A stretch of DNA of 53,297 nt from Octopus bimaculoides (GCF_001194135.2 NC_068989.1:51097034-51150330), one strand, 5' to 3'. Numbered from the stretch's first letter, positions 1 to 12,129 are shown. The notes: generated by a model from the sequence alone, not told the origin. Translations and numbers: made by a program.

Positions 1-372
1 CTTTCTCCCTTTCTCCCTTCCCCCATTTTCACACTACATACGTCAAGTCACCAGCAGTCTACCTCCCACACACAGCCCCTCGTTCCCGATCACCGTTTGT
101 TATCTCCCCCTTTCTTAGCTCTCTTGAAATAAGAATTTCTAACTTCCGGTCAGCCATTGTTATGATCGGCCATTATTATGATTGACCGTTGACTGAACAC
201 TATTCAATTTTTTTTCTCCGTGTTTTTCTCCTTGTCTCCGTATTCTTTCTGTTGAAGAGCGTAGCTCGAAACGTCAAAGACTTTCCGTATTCCCGAGCGT
301 CATACTAATATATACTTTTGTTATTTACACCACCTGTCCTCGTCTGTTGTTATTTTTTGTATATTCTCCCAT
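1..372 (+). mobile_element. 3' terminal region (pseudo-LTR) of a Penelope-like retroelement, running off the window start and ending at a (TA)n tract
   Basis: Contains a hammerhead-like motif at 244-280. Its tail (277-370, GACTTTCCGTATTCCCGAGCGTCATACTAATA...CACCACCTGTCCTC) recurs at 7969-8070. The PLE assignment rests on the known PLE/hammerhead association. Confidence 0.6.
244..280 (+). ncRNA. Minimal type I hammerhead-ribozyme-like motif with variant core
   Basis: Stem I TCTTT(244-248)/AAAGA(276-280); core CTGTTGA(249-255) plus an extra A; stem II GAGC-GTA-GCTC; GAAA; palindromic ACGT helix III; GUC site at 273-275. Confidence 0.55.
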
Positions 373-751
373 ATATATATATATACACTTTGCATAAAGG
401 AATTTCTCAATTCATTTTGAGTATATACATGAATGGATATTAGATAAATGAATTCATGACAGGCATCACTATATTCGTTCGGAATATGTATACAAGAGTC
501 ACTGCTGTTAAGAACTCTAAACGTGTCACCATTTCAGATGCTATTTTCGATCATAAAACTCGCAGTTAACTTAGTTTGATCGCAAACGTAATAGAAGTGT
601 TCATAATATTACTAAAATAATAAATCACCCACGCTGTATCCTTACGAATATAGCTCACTATGTAAGTAGGAAAAAGAGCGTGTTCTTAGTGGCATTTTAT
701 TTTTATCCATTACATCTTACTGCAAGAAACCTCATAACAGATGATTAATTG

Positions 752-2849
752 CACTGGTTTACAAATTTCTTTTTGCTCCGTAGTAAGGATGTGAATAGGT
801 GTTTTTTTTTTTTTACTAATTTTGATGTGGTGAATTCAATTTTCGGAACAGCTTTGCTCTTTCATCTCTAGTTTTTTTGTGCTTTCACATATCCCACTTT
901 AATTATACTGCATATAGATTCAAAATATTTATTTACTTCATCTGTAAGAAAGACATATTACAGAAACAATAGCATAGATACAGAACATTGATGGAACTAA
1001 ATTACTTGGATAATACAAAACACACATATCATAGTGCATCAAGGAGCTAGTAGTGAGTTTTTTTACGATCTTTTGTACTTTTCCTCCAAGATATCACACA
1101 AGTGCATCCAGCAAAAGCTCCCCTCATCATGCTGGGGTTCCACTTGCCATGGCAGTTGCTCTCCATCCTAGTAATATTTTGATGGAATCTTTCTCCATGC
1201 TCATCAATCACTACTACAAGCTTCGGAAGGAAGAAGTTGAGTTGGGAGTGGAGAAAGGGAATTTTGAGTGACATTCGGTATTCCATATCATCATAAGACT
1301 GTAGCAACTTCTCTACACACGCTTGGTAATCTAGTACTTGTGTGTTACAAAGGAAGCCAGGGCAGAGTGATTTAAATGCTTCCCATGCTCTCCGCTCCCG
1401 TATTGTAAGAAGATCCTCAATGTCCTTATACTTCAACACATCTCTGATCTGAGGTCCGAAGAAGATGCTCTCTTTGAGATTAGCAGAACTCAGAGCTGGG
1501 AACAGAGTGCACAAGTATTGGAAGGTAGCACCACATTTGTTCATATCCTTCACAAAGTTCTTCTTTAAATCAAGCTTGATATGAAGAGGAGGGAGAAGCA
1601 CCCTGTTCATGTCCGCCAGAGGATTTTCTGTGTCCACCAGGCATGAAAGTGCTCCTCAATGCCCAGTACCTCTGTTTGTAGTGCTTGGACATAGCCCCAC
1701 TGTCCCAGAGACAGAGAAAGCAACAGTACCGTGTGAAACCCGCTTCCATAGCCATAAAGAGACCAATGATCTTGAGATCTTCGCATAGTCTCCATTGGGA
1801 CTGGTTGTACTTGAGTTTCCAAAAGGAGTGCCATGTTGTCATACGACTCCTTCTAATAGACTGAGACGGAAATGGGAATGCTGGGGTGTCTATATCCGTT
1901 GTGCTGGAGCTCAGGCTTCGGACTTCGCTTGGAGGTGCCTGAGGGATTGTGTGGGAAACCAAGCAAAGTTAACAAGCCACAGAGATTTGTGCAGTAGCAC
2001 AACTTGTTTCCATGTCGAAGAATGGATCAAAGTCCTGGTTGTGTGTCTTAAAACTGGTGATCCTTACATCTGCCTTGATTCCACTGCTTAAGCCGGGATA
2101 CGAGGAGCTCTAACTGCTGCTTAGATAAGTACAGATCACAGGTCATTCAGGTCTTTCTGCGTGATTCAGTGTGGCTCATTGCCACTTGCGTCTGAATAAA
2201 CAGTGACAGTGTTTTTAGAAGAGATCGACTTCGCAGAGTCTTCCCATGAAGGCATTTCTTCATCGTTATTTGCTCGGGATGTAAGGGCAGGGAGAAAGCA
2301 ACTGTACTCTGAGTGAGAGGCAATTTCATAGCTGTTATATTTGGGATATTTGATCTTTTTTTTTTCTAGAAGAAGCATTGAAACCTGTTATATTTGTTAC
2401 ATAAAAATAACAATCATATACATTGTTTCGGGGCTCTCTCCAGACCATGAGGACATCAAAGTTGAAGGCTGCTTTCTTGCCATTAAACGATGCAGTTAGT
2501 CCATTGTAAAAGGGTTTACGACACATGTGTGTTGCCCAGGATTTGTCCTGATCTCAAATTTTACAGTCAAAATAACGAAAGTAAGCGGTTCTAAGGAGAG
2601 AAATGATTGTTTGGCACTGTGCAACTGTAGGGAAATCCCCACACTCGTAGCAGAATGAATATGCCTTGTTGATGCATCCTCGGTGTTTGGAAGTGCCTGA
2701 AGCCATTGTGAAGATATGTATCATATGTATCACAAAAATCTGGAAAAAAAAATATCATAAATATGGTTACGTGAATTCCAAATTCAGCACGCCAATTTAC
2801 GCTACAACAACTCTTTTTATATTTGCCTCACTTTCTATGTAAACAGGTG
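752..2849 (-). mobile_element. Full-length defective Chapaev3-type (CMC superfamily) DNA transposon, about 2.1 kb
   Basis: Left end CACTGGTTTACA (752-763), right end TGTAAACAGGTG (2838-2849), 10/12 inverted match. Flanks TTG/TTA fit a TWA target duplication with one change. Both ends carry a subterminal GTG(C/G)TGAATT motif, and a transposase lies inside. Confidence 0.8.
1047..2706 (-). pseudogene. Chapaev3 transposase pseudogene (stops and frameshifts)
   Basis: ATG at 2706: MASGTSKHRGCINKAYSFCYECG...*DQDKSWATH...VWREPRNNVYDCYF (Chapa zinc finger); LNDL..LYLSKQQLELLVSRLKQW; LCEDLKIIG..GFTRYCCFLCLWDS; LPPLHIKL; IFFGPQIR; EHGERFHQ. Confidence 0.85.
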
Positions 2850-3924
2850 TTACTTGTGCATGAAAAATATCTTGGGGAAATCTCGTAGAATTAGGGTCAG
2901 AAAGGACTTATCGTTCAATTCAAAATTCTAGTCACTATGTCATTATGCCGCTGGTGTTTCTACTACTAAAAACACAGCAGCATTCGAAAGAAAACACACA
3001 ACTACTATTATGAGAACTTAGCGTCGAAAACATGTGAAAGTGCTAAAAAGATAGCTTAACGAAATTAACTGGTTTTAAATTAATTTATTGGATAATTATG
3101 TTTACATGATGAAACTGCGCAACAATTCAAAACAGTAACATATTTTGAGAGAAATGAAATTAATCTTGCTCTGTCTAGGGAGAATCATTATGCCAATGGT
3201 ATTAATACACGCACTGGTTCTTTTAATATATGCAAACTAAAATGCTTTTTCCTAAGTGTTTATGTAAACTAAATTACTACCTTGAAAATCTTGACCGTTT
3301 TACAATACATACATACATACATACATTACTAATGCATATGTATTATATATATACTTCTATGTATGTGTGTATGTATGCGTGTGTGTGCGTCCGTCAATAG
3401 CGTTATCAAAGGGCATTTTAGTCCGTTAAAACTAGTCACGAGTACCGTACACAAGTTGCCATCGAAATTTCGACTCTTACGGAAATTACCTTAAAATATA
3501 AAGTGGGAAGTACTGAGTGTTCCGGTATCCTACGGCTTATGTGTTGCTCATTGTATCCGGGAAGATGAATGAAAAAATAGTTATGGGCAAGATGCATCAA
3601 ATAATAAATCTCAATAAATTCCCTTCTAACTGTTGGTATATGTTACGTAATGTATATACATACACGTGCATACTATACACTATCTCACATCCGCACGCAA
3701 TCACAATCGGATCGATAGCTTGTCTCGATTGGTTTTCTTTTATGATTCTGAGAAGACAATTCCATGGATGATTATGTAACCAAATTCTTAGCATTTATGA
3801 CTACATCATTAATAACAGTCATGCTTATATACATAACGTAACTTAATTCACCATACAATTGGTGAAGCAATTGTCAACTAAGAAATTAGAAGCCATATCA
3901 CTAAATACAGTTTTCAAATCTTAT

Positions 3925-4060
<136 letters not shown>

Positions 4061-4205
4061 ACAGTTACGGAATGAAGTAGATAAGATCTGGGCTACATGT
4101 GTTTCAAATCGAGCGAAACCTCAGAAGTGGTAAATATCCAAGCGGGGTGCATGCAGCAGGCTACTCGTCAGGCCGAAGATATCTTGATTAAAGGAAATGT
4201 TACAT

Positions 4206-4391
4206 TGTCGCATGGAGGTACATGTTGACACCTAGAAAGTTCAATGAGAATACTGATTAAACATTCCAGGCGTCAACATGTACCTCCTTGCGACATTCAA
4301 TCAGTATATCCTCAGCCTGAAGAGTATACTACGCACTGATTCAAGCAGTGCGTAGTAAATAAAAAAAACGAAAAAAAAAAATTTCAGGGCT
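4206..4391 (+). repeat. Highly structured repeat: 30-bp-arm fold-back, an 11-bp hairpin and a decayed hammerhead-like frame
   Basis: Arms 4206-4235 and 4266-4295 pair 27/30. ACTACGCACTG(4328-4338)/CAGTGCGTAGT(4346-4356) is a perfect stem. CTGAAGA at 4317-4323, GAAA at 4370, TTTC-AGGGCT at 4382-4391. Confidence 0.6.
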
Positions 4392-4478
4392 AATACTGGT
4401 TTAATGAGACGGAAGGTTGCGGATTTTTTCGAATCAAAGTACGATAAGGTGAACATTTTCTTTTATATCTCAACGTAG

Positions 4479-4562
4479 GCGACCAAGATTGCCGATTGTG
4501 CGGGATAGAATACAAGAGAGAAGATCCGGGTTACATATGTTTCATACCGAATGGAACCAGCG
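4479..4562 (+). CDS. Candidate coding exon, phase 1-1, xDQDCRLCGIEYKREDPGYICFIPNGTSx; product unknown
   Basis: Acceptor ttttcttttatatctcaacgtAG and donor G|GTAAAT; 84 nt, open frame, non-repetitive and Cys-containing. No transcript evidence. Confidence 0.35.
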
Positions 4563-6120
4563 GTAAATTTCCAAGCGAGGAAAATACACTTCGGAAGTTA
4601 CTAAATTAGTTTGCTATGAGGACTGAAACATGTGGTGAACATAGGGTATTCCCGCAATGTGGGAATATATCATCAGAAATGAAGTCCAATATTTTTGTTT
4701 TAAGTTTGAAATACGTGGAGCAAATCGGAAGATGGAGATTAAGATTATTTCTTGCTGTGCAATGACGCTTCATAAATATTATAAAACACTGCAGATATTC
4801 TTTGAGGATTGTTTGAGCTGCGAAAATATTCTTGAGAAAAACAGGAAGGTGTTAATATGCAGGAAATACGACGACCTGTATTTCAGGATAAATTTAAAAA
4901 ATTGTCTTCGATTCATTGAAAGTCGAGGGCCCCATATGTAAATAATTACAGTTTTATATGTATTGATACATTTGTGCATTGCCAGATCTGCTACATCACT
5001 TTTCCTATCCATTCAGTTAATGCATTTGAAACAAAAGAAAAGAAGAATACTACAAATACGTAGACTGAATCCAGCTCTTGTAGGAAGTGGATACTGTTCC
5101 CTTATTTTTTTCTGTATCACTCTAGTTCTTCGTTTCATCCTGTAGGCTTAATTTTGAAATTGAATATATCTGATTACATTATGTCATTCTAAAATTTAAT
5201 CCTTCTGAAGCATATTTTGCAGGGCTTCAATTGCAATTTAAATTTCAATTCAAACGCGAAAAAAGTAATAAAAAAAAAACTCTGAACTAAGCGATTTCTC
5301 TACGCAGATCTTTTTTCTTTTTTTCAAATCATGAGTTACGTACAGGAAAACAAATCTAAATATGATAAAAAAAGAAAAAATCTAAACAAGTAATGAGATT
5401 TATGGTCTGGAAAACTATGAAAATGACAAATCTGAAATAAGGATTGAAAACGAAATTAAGATAAATGAAGTAGGGGTTGCGAGATAATATATAAGTGTGG
5501 ATTAGATGAAAATTTATGCTTAACATAGAAATGTGAACTATTGTCTCCTGTAGAACAAACTAGTCTCATTTTATTTTAGTGTTTCAAATGATCCATAACA
5601 AAATATATAAGCATTATACACACATATACTCATCTAAAAGCGTATATTCTCTATCACACTAACACGGATGAATGCATGCCTATATATATACATAACTAGA
5701 CACGCAGGCACAAAAACATACGCACACACGCGTACACATATATATGATTTTGAAAGTGGTGTAGGGATTTTTAACATATTGTGTTTAAATAATGTGTATG
5801 TGTGTGAATGTGCGTATAATTAATGGTGACTGTAGCAGTATTAATAAACAAGCAAAAATCTCCCAAATAATACGAATAATCTGTTAGAACACAGATTACA
5901 GCCATAAACCAAACTCTGATATGGACGCGTGGTGCATAAAATCACTTGTGTTTTCTTCATTGACAGACGAAAACCTTTTGCTTTCGATCCTCAATCAGGT
6001 GGTCTTGCTCTATTATGTGCTCCTGAACGATAAGCATCTAATAATCAATGTTCTACCAAACGCCCACTTAACGTCGAAGATAAAGCTTGCCTTATATATA
6101 TGTGGGGATACTCATGTGCG

Positions 6121-6151
<31 letters not shown>

Positions 6152-6156
<5 letters not shown>

Positions 6157-6419
6157 GAAAAAACCTAATATATGTATTACTTGCTCAGGGTGTCGAGAAC
6201 AACATATTGGTCAAACTTAAAGCACCCTATGCCAGAGGATGACGGTACATAGATCTCAGATTAAAATACAAGAATACAGAAGAATAGAAGTAAGCGAGCA
6301 TATTGATATTTGCGCCACTAACGAACAACCCAACTTTAGAATTTTCCCCCTCTATAAATTCAGGGACAATACAACATTTAATCTGCGCTTTAACAAAGTA
6401 GCATATTTTATCGCAAAAG
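6152..6419 (+). mobile_element. Penelope-like element fragment, GIY-YIG endonuclease
   Basis: ICITCSGCREQHIGQT*STLCQRMTVHRSQIKIQEYRRIEVSEHIDICATNEQPNFRIFPLYK. Starts directly after (TA)n and is homologous to the inverted copy near 12.3-12.6 kb. Confidence 0.8.
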
Positions 6420-6667
6420 TAGATTTTGCATTTACTTAAGCACTTTTTTTACCTTTTAATAAATATATTATATTTCCTAAGGTCTATCGTACAATACTTT
6501 CTGTACTAATTTCGTAGCTGAACAAAGGAAGATTCATTTTGTTCTCTTTCTTTCTCCCTTTACTTCGTTCTTTGTATTTTTGTTTCTACCTTTCTTTCTT
6601 TATTGCTTCCTATCTTCTCTTCTCTCTAGCACTCTATCTGTATGTTCGACTGCCTCTCGATCTAACA

Positions 6668-6668
<1 letters not shown>

Positions 6669-6727
<59 letters not shown>
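6669..6727. repeat. (TATC)n microsatellite
   Basis: Directly visible. Confidence 0.95.
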
Positions 6728-7645
6728 GTCTTTCATTCTTTCTTTCTTTTGCTTGTTTGTTTACTTATTTCCTACTGTTTTCTTTATAGAATGCTTCCAC
6801 TATTTGTTTTACATCCTCTTTTGTATTTCTGTATCATTTTCGTGCATTTTCCTGTTCGACATGAACCTTTAATTGTCATGTTATCTGTCAAGATATTATA
6901 TGTTAAATGTGAACTTTTAATTATATTAATATTTGCATGTGTCCTTCTCACCAACTAAATGTCTATGCAAAAAACGAAAACTAAAAATACAAATTTATAT
7001 AAAGACACACAAGTAAACGCACACACAAACACACATATACACACACGTATATATAGATATGCATGTATACACACACACATACACACACACATATATATGT
7101 ATATATATCTATATGTGTTGGTTTGTTTGTATATGTGTGTGTGTGTGTGTACGCGTGCGCATACGTGTGTACATGTATATACGCTTATAAGTTTCTATTT
7201 GTATGTGTGTCTGTATAATAAATGCATGTAAGTGTGGCTTTTGTTTGTATGTATTACCATATACGTACTGATTTCGATAGATTATAGGGCAGTAGTAATA
7301 ATAATTCTATCACCAGAACAATCACTTTGATAATATCAGTTAACCCTTCTATCATCCTCTTTTTAGTCTCCCCCTTATTTTTACTCTCACATATTTATCT
7401 CTAGTTAGCTATCTAATCCCATTTAAAGAAATAAATTAATTGTGGCAATGTCCAATGAATATTCTATGGACAAAAAACCTTTGACATTATTGCAGGTTAA
7501 ATCTAGCTTACCCTCGATGTTTTTTTCATTCTCTACAATCTACAGAAAATAGTATTTTTCTCTGAAATAGTTGTAGCGAAATTTAACCCACTTGTGTTCT
7601 TATTATACATGCATACATACATACATACATACATACATACTTATA

Positions 7646-7676
<31 letters not shown>

Positions 7677-7930
7677 TTATATATATATATATATATANNN
7701 NNNNNNNNNNNNNNNNNNNNNNNNNNNNNNNNNNNNNNNNNNNNNNNNNNNNNNNNNNNNNNNNNNNNNNNNNNNNNNNNNNNNNNNNNNNNNNNNNNNN
7801 NNNNNNNNNNNNNNNNNNNNNNNNNNNNNNNNNNNNNNNNNNNNNNNNNNNNNNNNNNNNNNNNNNNNNNNNNNNNNNNNNNNNNNNNNNNNNNNNNNNN
7901 NNNNNNNNNNNNNNNNNNNNNNNNNNNNNN

Positions 7931-7968
<38 letters not shown>

Positions 7969-7971
<3 letters not shown>

Positions 7972-8068
7972 CTTTCCGTATTCCCGAGCGTCATACTAAT
8001 ACATCCTTTTTTTGTTTACACCACCTGTCCTCTGTCCTCGTCCGTTGTTGTTTTTTTTCGTACATTCT

Positions 8069-8070
<2 letters not shown>
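7969..8070 (+). mobile_element. 5'-truncated second copy of the PLE terminus seen at 277-370, between (GATA)n and (TA)n
   Basis: Close match to 277-370, but it begins just downstream of where the hammerhead would be. Confidence 0.75.
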
Positions 8071-8108
<38 letters not shown>

Positions 8109-8718
8109 ACATACATACATGTATATATATGAATGTATAAATGATTACTGTTTGTTGTTTGTGTGCCTAATCTCACAACAGTTAGAATTTAGGAGATGGA
8201 ATATTTAAGTTGCGGGTTATGCCCACTGATGAAGGAACAGCATTGCTCCTTTATCCAGATAATTGCTGTGCCTTCTTGTTAATGACATGTATCTAAACAA
8301 TTCGATACGACGATTACTTGCCCTTCACATATGTAGATGGTCGTATTTGCATGCTGATACTTATTTTCTATAATCTGGGAGAAAGGATGCCCTCACTTGA
8401 GTTACGTTGTGTGTCAATTATTACGCTTCATGAAGTATATGTGTTTTTATTCAATACATAGAAACAGAGAGACAGCACATACACATATACGTATAACGTA
8501 CACCAACACAAATATATCTATACATATACATGCATGCATACATAAGCACGTATTGCGTTTTGAAGTTACCTCTATAGATTTTTATAGGAAGTGTAGCCAA
8601 CACTGACAGTTACGACGTTTTGTCTTCGAATACTTTTAAGATAGAAATTAGGTAATGGGCTTATTTCAATGTATGTAGGTGAGTGTGTGTGTCTATCTGT
8701 CGCTATCAAGTAGGGCTA

Positions 8719-8822
8719 GAGATGGGAGTGATGACCTCGTTTCGCAAATACTAATAGAACTGTTTGTCGTTAGCCAGCTGGTGGATACATCTTCTTGGGG
8801 ATATAAACAACAGTAGCACTGT
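8719..8822 (+). repeat. Interspersed repeat of unknown class (copy 1); inverted copy at 21187-21296
   Basis: AGATGGGA..GATGACC..GCAAA..AGCCAGCTGG..GATACATCTTCTTGGGG..AACAACAGTAGCA aligns to the reverse complement of 21187-21296. Confidence 0.65.
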
Positions 8823-8921
8823 CCTGTATAGGACGCCACACTTACGATTCCTTGCCACTATTGTTTATATCTCGTTCAGAGATTTCTTATAACATACCTC
8901 TCTCTCTCATATATATATATA

Positions 8922-9035
8922 CCGGAGTAAGCATCGTCATCCTTCCTCCTTTTCTAACAAAACTGTCCGATGAACGGGAACGTGAAACTCAGAGTAACGG
9001 TTTTTTTGTTATATTTCTGCTGCTTTTAAATAAAG
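8922..9035 (+). mobile_element. 114-bp hammerhead-bearing cassette (probable solo PLE pseudo-LTR) between two (TA)n arrays
   Basis: TA arrays on both sides, complete hammerhead fold at 8959-9004, AATAAA at 9029-9034. Confidence 0.6.
8959..9004 (+). ncRNA. Type I hammerhead ribozyme fold (U4-to-C variant)
   Basis: Stem I AAAACTGT/ACGGTTTT (8 bp, one G-U); core CCGATGA; stem II ACG-GGAA-CGT; GAAA; stem III ACT-CAG-AGT; GUA site with H17 at 8996. Confidence 0.7.
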
Positions 9036-10930
9036 TATATATATATATATATATATTTATATATGTATATGNNNNNNNNNNNNNNNNNNNNNNNNNNNNN
9101 NNNNNNNNNNNNNNNNNNNNNNNNNNNNNNNNNNNNNNNNNNNNNNNNNNNNNNNNNNNNNNNNNNNNNNNNNNNNNNNNNNNNNNNNNNNNNNNNNNNN
9201 NNNNNNNNNNNNNNNNNNNNNNNNNNNNNNNNNNNNNNNNNNNNNNNNNNNNNNNNNNNNNNNNNNNNNNNNNNNNNNNNNNNNNNNNNNNTATATATGT
9301 ATGTATATATATATATGTTCATGCACACATACACGCACATAGACGAATAGTCATACATACATATGCGAGACAGTCACAACCACACACGTTTCTCATCCAC
9401 ATGCTAGAAATGTGTTACCTTGCTATTTATTAAATATATTTGTAGTATTTGTAATACCTGTAGTATTTCACATAATAGATTTCAATTTCCTGACGATAAC
9501 CACACGCATCACAATAATTCATGTAAAATTTAATGAATTTCTCAAGTCTCACTAAAAATAATAATAAGCTATCAACGAGTTGTAATGAACGAAACAGGAA
9601 ACAGGAAATAATACCTGCTTTAATGTTCCATTTTCAAGTAAAACTTCATACACTCCTCCTCTAATTTATCCTCCATTACAGTAACATCAAATCAAGTAAA
9701 CAAGTAAGATATTTATTGTAAACAATCTCGTATTAATGAAAAGTATCCTGCTGACTAGCATTTATAATATCTGTTATATTAATAACTGTTGAATGATTTG
9801 CATTGATCATATTAATAATGCTTGTACTCATAGTGATAATCTCAAAAGCATTAATAATGATAATGGTCATAATAATGATTATGATTGTCGTAATAATCAC
9901 TAATCTGGTAATCAATGTTATAGTAAGATTCATTGATAATAGAAAAATTAATGCCATTAATGAAAAGTTTAAACGCAGCAAACTTAATTTTTGCTTCTGT
10001 TACAAAATAAACGAAGTTAAAAATAAGTATAAAATATCAAAAATATGAATTAACTTTACTGTATGTAATAACTGTTTCTTGCACAAGCACTAAACCAATT
10101 TAATTGTAGAGTGAAAGCTAATTTTCCACTAAACGATTTCTGCAAACTTAATAATTTAGTTTATGATTGTACTCTGAAAGGTCACAGCCCCTCGAAGTTC
10201 TACATGGGCACTACCTCTAATTTAAAAAATAAATAATGCTACTCGAATTTTCAAAAGAATATTCTAAAGAAAACTAGATGTATTTCTGAATATATTTTCA
10301 ATTTGAAATCCAATAATATTCTTTGTTGTTTTCGATCCATTCGAAATGACTGGAAGTACGAAAAATATCTGTAGCCTAAGGACATGTGAAATTCTATAGA
10401 CTTTTCAAGCCGTACCAAATAATTTCCAAGATACCAAACAGGACATTATCATTTAAAGTCCTTTCCAATCTAATTACAAAAACATGTTGCTGTAAAAATT
10501 ATCCCAAGCCTCTTTCCTACGATAAATGTTATTAATGATCTGAAATTTAATACTAATATAATATAATAACGATGAAATTTAAGATTAAATTATCAGTTTA
10601 TACAAGCCATAATTCTTACATTTATCTCTTCAATTATGTTCTTCCCATATATTATATGAGTATTAATATATATTCCTATATTTTGAACAAACTCACGAGG
10701 AATTCTTGCATGTTTTATGTGTGGCACTTCATATTTCATATTCTTCACCCTCTCATATTCTTTTGCAGAGATGTATGAGTTTATTCTTTTATAATATAGA
10801 TATCAATTATATACAGATATGCACACATGGCATTTACCTCTAGGCATATGTGTCTATGTCATTTCTATGCCTTTGTGACTGTGATTATATGTGTGTACAT
10901 GTATGTATGTGTTTATACATATACATGTGC

Positions 10931-11006
10931 CTGTGTTATTGTGTCTGTGTTATTGTGTCTGTGTTATTGTGTCTGTGTTATTGTGTCTGTGTTATTGTGT
11001 CTGTGT
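10931..11006. repeat. 14-bp minisatellite (CTGTGTTATTGTGT) x5.4
   Basis: Perfect tandem copies. Confidence 0.95.
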
Positions 11007-11054
11007 ATGTGCGTATGTCTCTTTTTATGAATAGGTGGATGTAAGTGTATGTAT

Positions 11055-11093
<39 letters not shown>

Positions 11094-11924
11094 NNNNNNN
11101 NNNNNNNNNNNNNNNNNNNNNNNNNNNNNNNNNNNNNNNNNNNNNNNNNNNNNNNNNNNNNNNNNNNNNNNNNNNNNNNNNNNNNNNNNNNNNNNNNNNN
11201 NNNNNNNNNNNNNNNNNNNNNNNNNNNNNNNNNNNNNNNNNNNNNNNNNNNNNNNNNNNNNNNNNNNNNNNNNNNNNNNNNNNNNNNNNNNNNNNNNNNN
11301 NNNNNNNNNNNNNNNNNNNNNNNNNNNNNNNNNNNNNNNNNNNNNNNNNNNNNNNNNNNNNNNNNNNNNNNNNNNNNNNNNNNNNNNNNNNNNNNNNNNN
11401 NNNNNNNNNNNNNNNNNNNNNNNNNNNNNNNNNNNNNNNNNNNNNNNNNNNNNNNNNNNNNNNNNNNNNNNNNNNNNNNNNNNNNNNNNNNNNNNNNNNN
11501 NNNNNNNNNNNNNNNNAGTTTCAAACAGCCTTTTGCAATCTGAAAAATGTATGTTGTACTGGTTAATTAAATAGCAATTTGTTTTTCCTACGCGTATACA
11601 CACAAACGAAGGAAAAATATATAAAGATACAAAAACATGTGGTTAAAAAGAAGAAGAAGAAGATGTGGAAATATATAATAAATAAGCAAATTAAATAACG
11701 TTTGAAATAAAGAATAAAATTAAAGATAAGATTACTAGTAATTAGTAATTGAGAACGGAAGTGGAAGGAGAGTTAAGTCCATCTCTCTCTCTCGCTATCT
11801 CTCTATCTCTCTCTCTCTCTCTCACTCTATCTATCTCTCTCTCTCATGTGAAAGCTCGGAAGTAGGTAGTAGCAGATCTAAAAAATACTTGATATGAGGG
11901 ATAGCTGAGAAAGGACACGGTGAT

Positions 11925-12080
11925 GAAGAAGAAGAAGAAGAAGAAGAAGAAGAAGAAGAAGAAGAAGAAGAAGAAGAAGAAGAAGAAGAAGAAGAAGAAG
12001 AAACAGAAGAAGAAGAAGAAGAAGAAGAAGAAGAAGAAGAAGAAGAAGAAGAAGAAGAAGAAGAAGAAGAAGAAGAAGAA
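11925..12080. repeat. (GAA)n microsatellite, about 50 units with one interruption
   Basis: Directly visible. Confidence 0.95.
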
Positions 12081-12129
12081 GGGGGAGTAGGAAAAGTAGA
12101 GAAAGAATAAGAAAAGTACGGGAGTGGTA

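Noticed and set aside
5967-6033. Possible terminal exon RKPFAFDPQSGGLALLCAPER* with a neuropeptide-like flavour
   Set aside because: Good acceptor, but no repeated peptide, no dibasic/amidation pattern and no phase-linked upstream exon.
6261-6290. Apparent 30-nt exon IKIQEYRRIE with a GTAAGC donor
   Set aside because: It lies inside the PLE GIY-YIG fragment.
8226-8255. CTGATGA followed by a weak stem (AGGAACAGC/GCTCCT)
   Set aside because: No GAAA, helix III or helix I follows.
9730-9980. Ile/Met-rich ORFs on both strands
   Set aside because: Degenerate (AAT/GAT)n low-complexity DNA.
10769-10772. Strong acceptor followed 4 nt later by GTATGA (possible microexon)
   Set aside because: Frame-shifting length and no context to support it.
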